This document shows positions 35,361-36,531 of a stretch of 36,531 bases of DNA, in pieces; the stretch's first letter is position 1; every line of letters begins with the position of its first letter. The position numbers and the translations under genes were made by a program. The notes below the pieces were generated by a model. That model did not search any database and was not told the DNA's origin. It saw only the letters and a list, made by a program, of their open reading frames with translations. Origin of the DNA: Priapulus caudatus (lineage: Eukaryota); contig NW_014577064.1 of assembly GCF_000485595.1 (NCBI RefSeq), positions 52,403 to 88,933 of the forward strand, written 5' to 3'.

Positions 35361-35654
35361 TTCCAGTTACATGGTTATGCTAGTTCATTTCCTGTTCCAA
35401 TAAATTACGTATGAAGTGCAGCCCTTCTCTCCTAGTATTAGCTTCATATCGATAACTGCTCAAAAATATTGTTACTGAAAGAATTTCTGTGAGTTTTTGT
35501 GATAATTATAGGTATGTAGGGACATCATTGTTGTAGTGAAACAAAGAATTATTGTGACACAGATTTACTGTATTACACGCGCTACTTCTGCATTTATGCA
35601 CGATTTCGTGAGTGAACATTACACCTTGGCTAAATGTCCCTGTTGTACTTTTAG

Positions 35655-35777
35655 TGTCAATACTGGGTCCTCAGAATGGAATTCCAGCCATAGTGAAAAT
35701 GGAAAACCAGAATCAGCATGGTAGTCCCAGTTACCCGCCTGATCAACCCCTGGTCATCAGTACAGCCGGCCACCAGA
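35655..35777 (+). CDS. NFI: Probable NFI exon (start of transactivation region); gene continues beyond the window
   Basis: TTTTAG acceptor and GTAAG donor; 123 nt, phase 1-1. Translates MSILGPQNGIPAIVKMENQNQHGSPSYPPDQPLVISTAGHQ. Confidence 0.72.
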
Positions 35778-36175
35778 GTAAGCAATGCATGCTAGCTGTG
35801 TTCGGTCACTTTGTGCACCATATGCAGGCTTAGATAATGCCATTGCACACGGGCACGCACACACATATTTAAAAAAAATATGCATTTATGTTTCTAATAT
35901 CCTGTGAAGCACGTACACCCTGCTATATGTTGTTCACTTAGGAAAACCTGGTGTGGCAATTTCATGTACGGTCATGGATGTGGATGTAAGGCTTCACTGT
36001 AATTAAACAGTACATCTATCATTGTGGAAAATATGTGGATATATATATGTGTGTATATATATGGATTCTATGTGGAAAATGTTGTCGATGAAAGTACATT
36101 TAGAATCAGTCTAGATGCATCCATACATTAGCACACCCACTGGGCACACAATTTGCACACGTTTGTTCATTTGAA

Positions 36176-36531
36176 ATAAGGTGTGGTGGGGTGAGGGGTG
36201 AGGGGAGGGTGAGATAAGGTGTGGTGGTGTGAGAGGTGGGTGGGATAAGGTGTGGTGGGGTGAGGGGGTGGTAGGATGAGGTGTGGTGGTGTGATGGGGT
36301 GGGTGGGGGATAAGGTTGGTGGCTGGAATGAGGTGTGGTGGGATGATCTTGATGGGGTGGGATGAAGATGACGTTGCTTCATGGTTGGTGGGTGTGAGGG
36401 TTGTGGGTCGGGGATGAGGTTGGTGGGTGGAATGAGGTGTGGTAGGGTTGGTGGGTGGAATGATGTGTGGTAGGGTTGGGTGGGTGGAATGATGTGTGGT
36501 AGGGTTGGGTGGGTGGAATGATGTGTGGTAG
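36176..36531 (+). repeat. G/T-rich minisatellite, about 28-30-bp unit, in an NFI intron
   Basis: Repeated tgaggtgtggtagggttgggtgggtggaa variants running to the window end. Confidence 0.88.

Noticed and set aside
34974..35414. 146-aa hydrophobic ORF resembling a membrane protein
   Set aside because: Only 34984-35082 is an NFI exon; the rest is read-through into an intronic T/C-rich tract.

Overview
Metazoan (bilaterian, protostome-like) genomic DNA with two spliceosomal genes arranged head-to-head. On the minus strand is an ATG4 cysteine protease of the ATG4C/D clade. Its start codon is at 22538, exons 1-6 lie in clean sequence at 18788-22538, and exons 7-10 survive only as error-rich duplicated copies at 669-18762. 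On the plus strand is a Nuclear Factor I (NFI/CTF) transcription factor, with a candidate first exon at 26743-26775 and seven further exons at 30860-35777; it continues beyond the window. The left half (1-18762) looks like long-read gap-fill sequence: two 25-N gaps, indel-riddled exons, an apparently identical 4.8-kb duplication (offset 8751), and a garbled copy of the clean exon next to the second gap. It is therefore probably an assembly artefact rather than a real ATG4 duplication. The intergenic region and introns hold several palindromic non-autonomous DNA elements (MITE/foldback type), minisatellites and microsatellites. I see no RNA genes, CRISPR array or autonomous mobile element, and I cannot support a wholly new biological system. 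The best leads are the ATG4C/D-NFI linkage, an ATF4-like uORF pair in the ATG4 leader, a large LIR/SIM-bearing insertion in ATG4, an intronic minisatellite made of DR5-spaced RGGTCA half-sites, and a CTCF-like site between the two genes.
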